Positions 63,560-64,000 of a DNA stretch of 64,000 bases are shown here, piece after piece. The notes under the pieces were generated by a model. The model did no database searches, was not told the DNA's origin, and saw only the letters and a program-made list of their open reading frames with translations. Position 1 is the first letter of the stretch, and each line of letters starts with the position of its first letter. The stretch lies in the NCBI RefSeq assembly GCF_028641065.1, contig NC_073406.1, positions 16,926,001-16,990,000 of the forward strand, read 5' to 3'. The position numbers and the translations under genes were made by a program. This DNA comes from Leucoraja erinacea. Lineage: Eukaryota.

Positions 63560-64000
63560 TAACTCTGCTAGGTAATTCCTCCGTCTCTCAATGCTCTCCA
63601 CATTTAAATGGAACATTTAAACAGAAGATGTATATCTTCATTGTTCTAGATCCATTCATAATTGGGAACCTCCAGCCATCATTTCCGTAATCCTAACGCT
63701 TGTATCAAAAAATCACGTAATGTCAAAGGTACAATGGTTCCTTTTTATCACCTATACAAAGGTGCAGTGAGATGCTATTCTTGCACACAGACCAGTATGA
63801 TTATTGCCAAATATTAGTACAATCCCGGTGCATATATGCATACAATCCTAATGCATAGAAACTACGCACTGAGTCTATATGCAATGGTCGGCAGGTATTG
63901 GTGCCATTTCACAGTCCCAGCTGCACCTGGCCATAACGGCCCGTTGCAGCTGTCGCTTCCGTCCGGTTGTCCCGCGAACTATCGTCCTTCTACTTTCCCA

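Overview
Vertebrate genomic DNA. The repeat content (CR1/HER1-type LINE tails, V-SINE/HE1-like SINEs, Penelope-derived fold-back elements) suggests a cartilaginous fish, probably a skate or ray; this is inference. Three intron-containing housekeeping genes were reconstructed by hand from GT-AG boundaries and reading frame: YBX1 (minus strand, coding exons 1-7, 3' end lies left of the window), a complete PPIH/cyclophilin H CDS (minus, 9 exons, 534 nt = 177 aa + stop) and TAF10 (plus, coding exons 1-4, last exon beyond the window). PPIH and TAF10 are head-to-head. The rest is mostly transposable element debris: CR1 and Rex/Babar LINEs, an internally deleted Harbinger transposon and its MITE, RTE-related short elements, a Penelope remnant and tRNA-derived SINEs. 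There is a 180-N gap. Most notable: (1) many dispersed minimal hammerhead-ribozyme-like motifs in the Penelope-derived short repeats; (2) a YBX3-like separate in-frame exon 6 in YBX1, flanked by a 12-bp intronic complementary pair that could loop it out; (3) a complex direct/inverted duplication with a hairpin between the PPIH and TAF10 promoters; (4) an orphan exon-like segment between PPIH and YBX1. No clearly new protein-coding system was found. Repeat boundaries are approximate unless a TSD or TIR is stated.
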